From: Acaryochloris marina MBIC11017
Lineage (GTDB): Bacteria; Cyanobacteriota; Cyanobacteriia; Thermosynechococcales; Thermosynechococcaceae
NCBI RefSeq assembly: GCF_000018105.1
Contig: NC_009925.1
Span: forward strand, 1,500,001 to 1,532,000
Direction of reading: 5' to 3'
DNA length: 32,000 nucleotides
Positions 17,991 through 26,742 of this stretch are shown piece by piece; position 1 is the first letter of the stretch; each line of letters opens with the position of its first letter. The notes under the pieces are model-generated. The model saw only the letters and a list, made by a program, of their open reading frames with translations, was not told the DNA's origin and did no database searches. A program made the translations under genes and the position numbers.

Positions 17991-19457
17991 ATGTTTAAAC
18001 GATTGCCCGTCATTCAAACCCTCTTCAGTACCCTAGCGGTATCTATGGTGCTGACGTCTTCAGCCCTAGCGACAAAGCCAACCTTGATTGCCGAGGAAGA
18101 ATCGTTTAATCCCATTGCCCCCAAATCAGAATCTGCGCCGGTGGAGAACAGCGATGTCGTTGAACCCCGCCGCCGCCCATTCTTCGATAATGGCTATCAA
18201 CGGGTGATTGACCAAACGGTGCAAATGGTCACCAATCCCAAAGCTCAACGGTTGGCCAAACGGTTTGGCTTAAATATCCTCAACGTTACTTGGGAAGATA
18301 CGGGACGCTACAAAAACTCCTCCTTTGGTCCCAACATTAGCGATATGACGATTCAAGTCCAACATCGCGATCCAAAGACTCGGTCCAATCGCCTGCATCT
18401 CATGCCTGTGATTAGACATCCCAACTTTTCGGATAAAACCGCTGATGTTCGCCTCGATCGGTTTTTCCTGAAGGTTGGCAATGAGAAAGGGGCTAAACTA
18501 CGAAAAGTGGCCCTCAAAGATATTCTGAAAGATCCAAGACGGTATCTGCATCAGCCCAATTCTTGGACAGGCCGCCAAAAGTCACTCTTAGCTCCTCGCG
18601 ATACCCATGCACTGGTCAGTGCTCAAGCCAGCTTCCTACCCATACCCAAGGGCGGTAAGGCTGAATTCAACCCGGTGCTATTCAATTACCAGTCCTATGC
18701 AGATAACCCTGCGGTCCTCACGATTCTGGCGACCCGAGAAGGGACCAGCATGACGGTGATTGATAATAAGCGCGATGCCTTTTCTGCAGGTCAGACTTGG
18801 GGACAACGGTTATTCTTTAATCAAAATGGTGAGCGGGCCAGTTTGACAGGGCAGCGGGCCAGCGATTTTGTCAGTAGTGGTCAGTCTTCTTCTTCATCGG
18901 CCAGTAGCTCTAAGGAGGTGGAGGACCGAGGCTTAAATATGGTGCTGCTCATTCAAGTCCCTCTCAAACAGAAACGGCCACCCATGCCATTGTTTACACC
19001 TGAAGCGATGGAGGATAGCGCAGTCGGTGCGAGTGCCCCCACGGCAAAAGCCCAACGCAGTAATGTTGAGGCTGCAGTGATTGGTCATGGTGAAGTGGAA
19101 GGTCCCTTTACCGAAATTGACAACTTGGCGATTGAGCGTGATCCGCGTTTCCCGGTTCGGGTGACGGTCCAATTCTATAAAGCCACCAGCAATGGGGCCG
19201 TCTCTCAGGCAGACATGAAGCACATTAACCAACAAATCGCTCGGGTTTATGATGATGCTGACTATGTGGGCAGTTTAGTGGTCGAGGGCGATACGGGACG
19301 GCCTACAGAGTATGACGGTTCTAAGCAGGAACCCCCCACTTGGTGGCAGGAATTCTGGAAGCGCCATCGTTCTAATACAGGACAATCGAAGGAAGATGCC
19401 TGGGAAATGCTCAATCGTCTGATCGCCCAAGCATGGTCTGAGAATTCTGATTCCTAG
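17991..19457 (+). CDS. Secreted hypothetical protein (488 aa) with an internal poly-Ser linker
   Basis: Signal peptide MFKRLPVIQTLFSTLAVSMVLTSSALA, and a linker SSGQSSSSSASSSKE. No recognised domain. The start is set at ATG 17991. Confidence 0.7.
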   Translation: MFKRLPVIQTLFSTLAVSMVLTSSALATKPTLIAEEESFNPIAPKSESAPVENSDVVEPRRRPFFDNGYQRVIDQTVQMVTNPKAQRLAKRFGLNILNVTWEDTGRYKNSSFGPNISDMTIQVQHRDPKTRSNRLHLMPVIRHPNFSDKTADVRLDRFFLKVGNEKGAKLRKVALKDILKDPRRYLHQPNSWTGRQKSLLAPRDTHALVSAQASFLPIPKGGKAEFNPVLFNYQSYADNPAVLTILATREGTSMTVIDNKRDAFSAGQTWGQRLFFNQNGERASLTGQRASDFVSSGQSSSSSASSSKEVEDRGLNMVLLIQVPLKQKRPPMPLFTPEAMEDSAVGASAPTAKAQRSNVEAAVIGHGEVEGPFTEIDNLAIERDPRFPVRVTVQFYKATSNGAVSQADMKHINQQIARVYDDADYVGSLVVEGDTGRPTEYDGSKQEPPTWWQEFWKRHRSNTGQSKEDAWEMLNRLIAQAWSENSDS

Positions 19458-19465
19458 GTCATCGA

Positions 19466-20404
19466 CTATTCCAAGCTTTGAAGGGTATCGCTAAATAAAT
19501 TGAAAAAGCGATACTCTTCCAGCTGTTGTTGATCATTCCAGGTAGCAGAGACACAGTAATTATTGCCCAAGTCATCTTTGAGGGCTGTGGTTAGATTCAA
19601 GACGCCCGGTTCTGCGCCTCCTTTAAAGGCCACCTGTTGCCAGTTATCAGCATTGATAATGCCAGTATTGATGTGCATCAGCGGTAAGTCGGCAACCTGG
19701 GCAATCAGTTGGCAGAGTTCTTGGGTGGTGAAAAACCATTCAATGTCTGGGGCCAGGGGTTCACTATCCACTAGCTCAACAGGTGGAAGTGGGGCCTTAT
19801 GGATGCTTGGGAGTAGATCTTTGGGAGCAGTACTTTGTCGATAGGTCTCTAGCAAGTCTTGATTCTCAGGGCTTTTGAGAGTGAAGACTTCTTGGGTTGT
19901 CAAGAAGGGCTGGTTCCGGGGAGAGGCTGTGGCTAGGGTGTCTCGCCCCACAACCTGGATTAGAATATCCGCCGCTGTATTGTCACTGACGGAAATCATC
20001 AGGCTGGCCAAGGTTTGTAGAGTTAGCGGTGCCTGATCGGGCCAGTCTTGGAGGATACCGCTAGGAATACTTTTCCATTCGGGTTTTAGTTGAATCACCT
20101 CATCCCAGGAATGTTGTCCTGCGTTAATTTGCTGCTGGAGTTTGGCTAAGACTTGGAGCTTGAACGCAGATGCGATCGCAAGGGGTTTCTCAGCATTTAG
20201 GGAGGCGACTGCTTCATTATCCCTAAGCACCAAAACACTCGTTTCCCCAGGTAAGGCATCAAATTCATCCATAAGTTTGCTAGGAACTGCGACTGCTTCT
20301 GAATAAGGCAGTCCCAGGCAAATTAGGAGAAATATCGTTCCCAGGACCGTAATCACCCCTCGCTTCAAAAAGTTTTTATACTCAAAATGGTGATAAAAAT
20401 CCAT
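19466..20404 (-). CDS. Class A beta-lactamase-related serine hydrolase
   Basis: The S-x-x-K (SAFK), S-D-N (SVSDNTAAD) and K-[TG]-G (KGGAEPG) motifs occur in the right order. An N-terminal hydrophobic anchor or signal is present. Confidence 0.75.
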   Translation of the reverse strand: MDFYHHFEYKNFLKRGVITVLGTIFLLICLGLPYSEAVAVPSKLMDEFDALPGETSVLVLRDNEAVASLNAEKPLAIASAFKLQVLAKLQQQINAGQHSWDEVIQLKPEWKSIPSGILQDWPDQAPLTLQTLASLMISVSDNTAADILIQVVGRDTLATASPRNQPFLTTQEVFTLKSPENQDLLETYRQSTAPKDLLPSIHKAPLPPVELVDSEPLAPDIEWFFTTQELCQLIAQVADLPLMHINTGIINADNWQQVAFKGGAEPGVLNLTTALKDDLGNNYCVSATWNDQQQLEEYRFFNLFSDTLQSLE

Positions 20405-20829
20405 AATTAATCAACCCAAAAATTCCCAAAACCTAGAATTATTGATCTGCGTCAGAGAAAAAATGCGTAATTATACGGAAGACTAAAAATATTTGATTTC
20501 AAAGTTCCGTATTTCTGACCTGAACACTCCCAATTAATTTGGGGATCATAGAAATATATAAAAATCGATATTCGGGGGATATGATTAAATGCTAATTCCT
20601 ATTGCTGGATTTGCTGCTTTATCAATGTTATCCATCATCACAAATACTTTAATCCTGATGGATAGCAAGGATGCTCCCATCGAGAACTAAAACGCTAACC
20701 CTTTGACTGCAAGCGATACAATCAGAATTAGACATCAACAACAGTATTGTAAAAAAGTGTTTTGAACTGCGTAAATGCAGTCTTGCGATCTGATAACTAC
20801 AATATAGATTGCCAAACCAAACCTCTAAG

Positions 20830-20857
20830 CCCTTGTTTTTTGAAACGGGGGTTTTTT
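20830..20857 (+). terminator. Plus-strand intrinsic terminator with no annotated gene upstream
   Basis: CCCTTGTTT, loop tttg, AAACGGGGG: 9 bp including two G-U pairs, valid only on the + RNA. Followed by TTTTTTATT. Confidence 0.65.
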
Positions 20858-20935
20858 ATTGCCATCCCCCCTAACAATGGCGACTGGCTATTCTCTTTAC
20901 CCCAGAAAATTGCACTTACGCCAATACTATCTCTC

Positions 20936-20981
20936 AAAAAAATATGCCAAGGCCGACTCAACTTGAACAACCTTGACATAT
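20936..20981 (-). terminator. Rho-independent terminator of chlB
   Basis: On the minus-strand RNA: AUAUGUCAAGG, an 18-nt loop, CCUUGGCAUAU (11 bp, one G-U), then U7. It begins 25 nt after the chlB stop. Confidence 0.75.
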
Positions 20982-21005
20982 TTTCCTTAAATCAACGGAT
21001 TGAGG

Positions 21006-22532
21006 TTAAGCACCAACCGCTTCTTTGGCTGCATACAGAACTTCAGCAGTTATCTCAGTAATATTCCGTTCACGAGCAAATTTCTCGGTATTCCGCTTCA
21101 CTTTGCCGCGAACAAAACCAGGAATTTTGTTGAGTTCGGCTTGCCCATCAGCACTCCAACCCAAATCAGAATCAGCTGAGATTCCCTTCGTGATCACTTC
21201 TTTGGTGTCATGGCCACCGAAGATTTCTAACAAGTGGTCTTCCATGCCGAGGGTAAAGGAGTTGTAAACCAAATCAGCAACCTGATTGGTCCCTTCATAG
21301 CCCAGGAAAGGCTTGTAGCCGATGGGGAAATCTTGGATATGGATAGGAGCTGCAATCACCCCACAAGGAATATTGAGCCGCTTACCCACGTGACGCTCCA
21401 TTTGTGTGCCGAAGATAGCAGAGGGTTCGACTCGGGCGATGGCATCGCCGATAGCACCATGATCTTCATTGATCAGTACTTCGTCACAATACTCGCTGAC
21501 TTCTTTGCGGAACCATTCTTGATCATATTTGCAGTATGTACCGGCCCAAACCACATGAATGCCCATTTCCCGTGCCAAGATTTTGGTCATGGCTGCAGCA
21601 TGGGTGTTATCGCCATAGACAACTGCTTTTTTACCGGTGAGGTTTTGGCAGTCGATGGAGCGAGAGAACCAAGCCGCCTGGGAAACATGTAATGTCTGGT
21701 TTTCGATGTACTCTTCGTAATTAACATCTGCTCCTTGCGCATTCAGTACTTCTTGAATTTTGCGAATGCAACGAGCTGTTTCCACCACACCCATGGGTGT
21801 GATATCGACGAAAGGCATGCCAAACTCTTTCTCCAGATAGTGAGCGGACATATGGCCAATCTCACGATAGGGAATCAGGTTAAACCAGGCTTGAGGGAGA
21901 CGCTTGAGGTTATGGACTGAAGCCCCTTCAGGAATGACTTCGTTGACTTCAATGCCTAAGTCAGCCATGAGCCGCTTTAGTTCGGTGCAGTCATGCTGGT
22001 TATGGAACCCTAGGGTTGAAACCCCAATGATATTAACGGAAGGCTTAGCGGTTTTTTCTTCCAGTAAATCGCCATTCTTACGGGCTTTTTGGATATAAAA
22101 CTGAACAATTTGGTCAAGGGTACGGTCTGCAGCCTGTAGCTCGTTGACCCGATAGTGATTCACATCAGCCAGTAGGACATCCCCTTGAGTGCTAAGGGAG
22201 GCCCGCTCTACAAAGTTCTCTAGGTCTTCTTGCAAAATACTGGAGGTACAGGTAGGGGTGAGGACAATCAAATCTGGATTTTCCTCTTCATCCTTGCGAG
22301 TAATGTTATCGACTACCTTCTCTTGGGATCCACGAGCCAATACATGACGATCGACAACGCTGGCCGTCACGGGAGTGAAATTCCGCTCTCGTTCTAGCAT
22401 GGAGCGCATGACGTTGAAGTAGTCATCCCCCAAGGGAGCATGCATAATGCCGTGAACATTTTTGAAAGAACTGGCCACTCTCAACGTGCCAATATGCGCT
22501 GGACCAGCGTACATCCAGTAGGCTAATTTCAT
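21006..22532 (-). CDS. chlB: Light-independent (dark-operative) protochlorophyllide reductase subunit B
   Basis: [58 protein letters not shown]..., a near-invariant ChlB N-terminus, at full length (508 aa). Confidence 0.97.
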   Translation of the reverse strand: MKLAYWMYAGPAHIGTLRVASSFKNVHGIMHAPLGDDYFNVMRSMLERERNFTPVTASVVDRHVLARGSQEKVVDNITRKDEEENPDLIVLTPTCTSSILQEDLENFVERASLSTQGDVLLADVNHYRVNELQAADRTLDQIVQFYIQKARKNGDLLEEKTAKPSVNIIGVSTLGFHNQHDCTELKRLMADLGIEVNEVIPEGASVHNLKRLPQAWFNLIPYREIGHMSAHYLEKEFGMPFVDITPMGVVETARCIRKIQEVLNAQGADVNYEEYIENQTLHVSQAAWFSRSIDCQNLTGKKAVVYGDNTHAAAMTKILAREMGIHVVWAGTYCKYDQEWFRKEVSEYCDEVLINEDHGAIGDAIARVEPSAIFGTQMERHVGKRLNIPCGVIAAPIHIQDFPIGYKPFLGYEGTNQVADLVYNSFTLGMEDHLLEIFGGHDTKEVITKGISADSDLGWSADGQAELNKIPGFVRGKVKRNTEKFARERNITEITAEVLYAAKEAVGA

Positions 22533-23270
22533 TCTCTAGAATCTCCCTTGAGTTTCAGCACCTGTAAGCATTATTGACTAGTTTGTAGTGCTTTAGGAAG
22601 AATAAATTGCCCTTAAATCTCAAAAAAAAGAATTAAATAAGCTCATAGGAAAAATAAATTATCTATAGTCTCCAAAATTGAATAAATAATAATTATATAT
22701 ATATTTACTGTATTAATTTATAAATATAAGAACAATAAACAATTAAGTCTTTAAGGAAATTCCAGCCTCTAAAGGCCCTACATGTGAGCACAGTTGATCT
22801 CAATGGCTAGGGATGAGGGACCAATGTTGTTGAACGATAGGATTGATATCCCTTAAGATCCTTCGGGTTGGCGTAAACCTATCAGCGTTATCCATAAGCA
22901 GCTTGTCAGGTATATCGTGCTCTGGCCCTTCATAACAGCATTGCTAATTTGAACAACGGGACATAGAAGGCTGTCCAGAGAAAACGGTTGGCCTTGAAAG
23001 AAAAAATGCTGGTGATTAACTGAGCTCCTTCCTTAGATAGATCTGATCACGAGTCATCCATAGGAGTGATCATTAAATTTAGTTACTTTTTTCTATTTGG
23101 TGTTTAGACGGGGCCTTAGAGGTTGAAGTAAGAGGCAAATCAACCCAATGGACAGATTTAAACTTGAGAGTTGAGGTTTGAGGCCAAGTCTAACTTTATC
23201 GGTGATTCCTTCAAAGGTTTCGATAAGATGGGACAAGTCCGTAAAATTAGCTCAAACATATAGATCCATA

Positions 23271-25091
23271 ATGTCCGCTGAACAGCAACCTGAACAACAG
23301 CCTGAAAAGATTCACTTACCCAAGACCAGTGAATCCGAACAACTCAAGAAAATCCGCCACACCACCTCTCATGTGATGGCGATGGCTGTTCAGAAGCTGT
23401 TTCCCGATGCCCAAGTTACCATTGGTCCGTGGATTGAGTCCGGTTTTTATTATGACTTTGACAGCCCCACTCCTTTTACAGATAAAGATTTGAAAGCCAT
23501 CAAAAAAGAGATGGTCAAAATCATTAAAAAGAAGCTGCCCGTAGAACGGGAAGAGGTGAGTCGGGAAGAGGCGAAGAAAAGAATAAAAGCGTTAGGAGAA
23601 CCTTATAAGCTGGAGATTCTGGAGGATCTAGAGGATCCGATTACCCTCTATCACCTTGGCGATCAGTGGTGGGATTTGTGTGCCGGTCCCCATGTGGAGT
23701 CCACTGCCGATTTGAATCCTAAAGCGATTGCCCTAGAAAGCGTGGCGGGGGCCTATTGGCGAGGGGATGAAACCAAAGCCCAATTACAGCGTATCTATGG
23801 CACGGCTTGGGAAACCCCTGAACAGTTAGCAGAACATAAACGGCGGAAGGAAGAAGCCCTCCGTCGTGACCACCGAAAGCTCGGGAAAGAGCTGGGACTA
23901 TTTCTCTTTTCCGATCTGGTGGGACCGGGATTGCCCTTATGGACACCTAAGGGAACCTTGCTGCGATCGCAACTCGAAGACTTCCTCAAACAGGAACAAA
24001 TCCAGCGAGGATATTTGGGGGTGACCACGCCCCATATTGCTCGGGTTGATCTGTTTAAGACTTCAGGGCACTGGCAAAAATACCAAGAAGATATGTTCCC
24101 GCTGATGAGTGAGAACGATGCAGATCGCAGCTCTGAACAAGGCTTTGTGATGAAGCCGATGAACTGTCCGTTTCATATCCAGATCTATAAGAGTGAGTTG
24201 CGGTCTTATCGCGACCTACCCATGCGGCTGGCAGAATTTGGCACCGTTTATCGGTATGAGCAATCCGGCGAGCTAGGGGGCCTCACACGAGTCCGCGGCT
24301 TTACCGTCGATGACTCCCATTTATTTGTCACGCCTGATCAGCTCGATGATGAATTTCTCAAGGTGGTGGATTTAATTCTCTCCGTCTTTGAGAAGCTGCA
24401 GCTCAAGAATTTCAAAGCCCGTCTCAGCTTCCGTGATCCAGATTCAGACAAATATATTGGTTCTGATGAAGCTTGGGAAAAGTCTCAGAATGCCATTCGT
24501 CGAGCCGTGGAAACCTTGGGCATGGAGCATTTTGAAGGTATTGGCGAAGCTGCTTTCTATGGTCCGAAGCTGGACTTTATTTTCCAAGATGTCCTGGATC
24601 GGGAATGGCAGTTGGGAACGGTACAGGTGGACTACAATCTACCCGAGCGCTTTGACCTGGAATTTATGGGAGAAGACGGTAACCGTCAGCGCCCGATTAT
24701 GATTCACCGGGCTCCCTTCGGATCTTTAGAACGACTGATTGGTATCTTAATCGAGGAATATGCAGGTGTCTTTCCCCTATGGCTAGCCCCCGAACAGGTG
24801 CGGCTGTTGACGGTGAATGATGACCATATGCCCTTTGCCCAAGCGGTAGCCACGGATTTGCAGGCTGCGGGGATTCGAGTCTCCGTGGATCAAAGTGGCG
24901 ATCGCCTAGGCAAGAAAATTCGCAATGCGGAGAAAGCCAAAATCCCAGTGATGTCAGTGATTGGGGATAAGGAAGTCGAAGCCCATAGCCTCAATATTCG
25001 GACGCGGGCGTCAGGTGAGTTAGGGGCGATTCCGGTGGATGAGGTGAAGCAGAAGTTAGGCGATGCGATCTCAACTTTCTCTGCCTTCTAG
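23271..25091 (+). CDS. thrS: Threonine--tRNA ligase (short form without an N-terminal TGS domain)
   Basis: RHTTSHVMAMAVQ (editing-domain His motif), class II motifs (FRDLP-type RSYRDLPMRLAEFG, GFTVDDSH, GEAAFYGPKLD), and an anticodon-binding C-terminus. The start is set at ATG 23271. Confidence 0.95.
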   Translation: MSAEQQPEQQPEKIHLPKTSESEQLKKIRHTTSHVMAMAVQKLFPDAQVTIGPWIESGFYYDFDSPTPFTDKDLKAIKKEMVKIIKKKLPVEREEVSREEAKKRIKALGEPYKLEILEDLEDPITLYHLGDQWWDLCAGPHVESTADLNPKAIALESVAGAYWRGDETKAQLQRIYGTAWETPEQLAEHKRRKEEALRRDHRKLGKELGLFLFSDLVGPGLPLWTPKGTLLRSQLEDFLKQEQIQRGYLGVTTPHIARVDLFKTSGHWQKYQEDMFPLMSENDADRSSEQGFVMKPMNCPFHIQIYKSELRSYRDLPMRLAEFGTVYRYEQSGELGGLTRVRGFTVDDSHLFVTPDQLDDEFLKVVDLILSVFEKLQLKNFKARLSFRDPDSDKYIGSDEAWEKSQNAIRRAVETLGMEHFEGIGEAAFYGPKLDFIFQDVLDREWQLGTVQVDYNLPERFDLEFMGEDGNRQRPIMIHRAPFGSLERLIGILIEEYAGVFPLWLAPEQVRLLTVNDDHMPFAQAVATDLQAAGIRVSVDQSGDRLGKKIRNAEKAKIPVMSVIGDKEVEAHSLNIRTRASGELGAIPVDEVKQKLGDAISTFSAF

Positions 25092-25420
25092 CCAATACAC
25101 CCAAAACGTTAAGATCGGAGAAATTACGCTCGAATTTCGTCAACTCTCATCTCATGAAGAGATGAAAAATTGTAATCAATAATTTTTGCAAGTAATACAA
25201 ATCAGGCTTTTCTTACGAGAGATCAAGCGTGCTAAGGTCTCAAGTGCTTTTAGAATGAGGAATCAGAAAGTGTGACTCAAGAACTACTTCACAATATCGC
25301 CACAGAGGTTCGACTCTTCAGAACAGTTGAGCAAAAAGAAGAATTTCTTTTCGTGGGCACTGGTCTATTACCAGGATCTAGCTATAACGCTTCCGACGCA
25401 CCCTGATGTAGATCAATGGA

Positions 25421-26009
25421 TGTCCAAGCGAGAAGATCCTTAAGCGCGGCTTTGATAGCCTGCAAGATGGGACATTAGTCCAGCGATATCAGTGTAAGGA
25501 TTGCAATCGTCGTTTCAACGAACGCACGGGTACCCCAATGGCTCGCTTACGCACCGCTAGTTCAGTAGTGAGCTATGCCATCAAAGCTCGCACCGAAGGA
25601 ATGGGGGTCCGTGCAGCAGGTCGTACCTTTGGTAAATCTCATACCACCATTATGCGTTGGGAAAAACGCCTAGCAGACCAGGCACAGAACTGGTCACCCC
25701 CCGCTCCAGCAGGCTCTGATGTGACGGTAGAAGGGGATGAAGTTTACACTCGTGTAGGCCAAAATCTTCCCCCCCATTCAGTCCCAGGGCTGGACGATCC
25801 ACTTCCTTGAACGCGAAAGCCTGATACATTGGAAATATCACACTACCCAGAGAATCTCAAACTATTGGCACAGCTCAGTCAGTGGATGTGGGAACGTCCC
25901 TTTATGTATAGTGTTGGTCTTCGAGGGATGGGGGCAGAATGCTTATGCCAAATTTATTGATCTGCTGCTTATAAGAAACTACGCGCTAATCCAACTATTC
26001 ACGCGATAG
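25421..26009 (+). pseudogene. Decayed IS1-family transposase relic: zinc-finger and HTH N-terminus, frame broken at a C7 run, 3' part missing
   Basis: CPSEKILKRGF...VQRYQCKDCNRRFNERTGTPMARLRT...GVRAAGRTFGKSHTTIMRWEKRL...EGDEVYTRVGQNLPP. After the C7 run (25769..25775) the homology (SQGWTIHFLERES...FEGWGQNAY) continues in the +1 frame to TAG at 26007..26009. There is no start codon upstream of the first Cys. Confidence 0.6.
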
Positions 26010-26348
26010 AACAAAGTATAGGTATTGAAAACTAGGAATAATTATTTCTATTCTTTTCAACAAAGAAATTAGATATTTTACTGAAATTCGGATTGGTCTA
26101 CCTGAGGATAGGACATTCCTAAGCTGTCGATCTTCTAGTGAGGGGAGTTGGGTGAATATATCTCCAAAAGCTATTCACAGGGCTTATTGGTATAAAACAA
26201 GCTGCCCTTTTATTTAGGGGTTAAAATTAGGCAAATAGTCATAATTTCCTCAATTATTGAGTTGACTATTTAACTGGCAGAATGTCGGGTGTAACATCGT
26301 AATTAAGCATGCCAACAATTTTTATATGTGCTTTTGGTGACTAGATCC

Positions 26349-26741
26349 ATGACTAAGCAAAACACGATGCAAATTACCTTTGGTCAAAGTAATCCTGATT
26401 TAGAGGAACATGAGCGGCTACTCTTCTCGAAGAGAGTGCTGTCTGAACTACGCGATCTCGATCAAGTAGAGCATGCAGAACGCACTGAAAAGGAAGCATC
26501 TGAATTTGGAGAGAAAGGCTTTTCTACACTGGTGGGTTTTTTAACTGCAGAGGTTACTTTGCCAAACCTGAAAGCATTTATAAACTGGATGGGAGATCGC
26601 TTTTCGGATCAACCGATGAAAGTGAAGGTCAAGGTTGGTGAGCAGGAAGTCGAATTCGAAGCCCGGAGTCAACTAGAATTGGCTCAGCTTGAGGAGGTGG
26701 CCAACTCTCTATTGGCCAAAATGAGTGCGGGTGGAGCGTAA
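26349..26741 (+). CDS. Small acidic protein, EACC1-like (effector-associated constant component; assignment from memory)
   Basis: MQITFGQSNPDLEEHERLLFSKRVLSELRDLDQVE...GEKGFSTLVGFLTAEV...LKAFINWMGDRF...VKVKVGEQEVEFEARSQLELAQLEE. Possible starts: GTG 26328, ATG 26349, ATG 26367. The stop lies 1 nt before the next gene's ATG. Confidence 0.55.
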   Translation: MTKQNTMQITFGQSNPDLEEHERLLFSKRVLSELRDLDQVEHAERTEKEASEFGEKGFSTLVGFLTAEVTLPNLKAFINWMGDRFSDQPMKVKVKVGEQEVEFEARSQLELAQLEEVANSLLAKMSAGGA

Positions 26742-26742
26742 A

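Noticed and set aside
20762-21061. 99-aa plus-strand ORF with a TTG start in the spacer before chlB
   Set aside because: It reads straight through two intrinsic terminators and into the 3' end of chlB. The translation has no motif.
23178-23270. N-terminal extensions given by the ORF track for thrS (23178), gcvT (15634), nfu (13360), the DUF4344 protein (17742), the 513-aa protein (17916) and the caspase (26725)
   Set aside because: In each case the homologous or signal-peptide part begins at an internal ATG, and the extension has no family resemblance. The shorter starts were used.
25147-25165. 7-bp hairpin (TCATCTC/GAGATGA) after thrS as its terminator
   Set aside because: On the plus strand it is followed by an A-run, not a T-run, and the stem is short and AT-rich.
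25290-25325. GGTTCGACTC T-loop-like motif that might mark a tRNA
   Set aside because: I could find no acceptor-stem complement, D-arm or anticodon arm in the flanking 80 nt.
25272-25406. 44-codon GTG-initiated frame (VTQELLHNIATEVRLFRTVEQKEEFLFVGTGLLPGSSYNASDAP) that could be a gene remnant truncated by the IS1 relic
   Set aside because: It is too short, has no start context, and shows only a vague resemblance to a G.G methyltransferase loop. I note it only as possible debris.
1-26009. Idea that the IS1-type piece at 1..551 and the piece at 25421..26009 are two halves of one element split by a 25-kb rearrangement
   Set aside because: The two pieces overlap in homologous sequence (DELWSFVKK.. 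versus DEVYTRVGQ.., and TDGWEGY versus FEGWGQNAY) and differ strongly in sequence. They are different copies or subfamilies.
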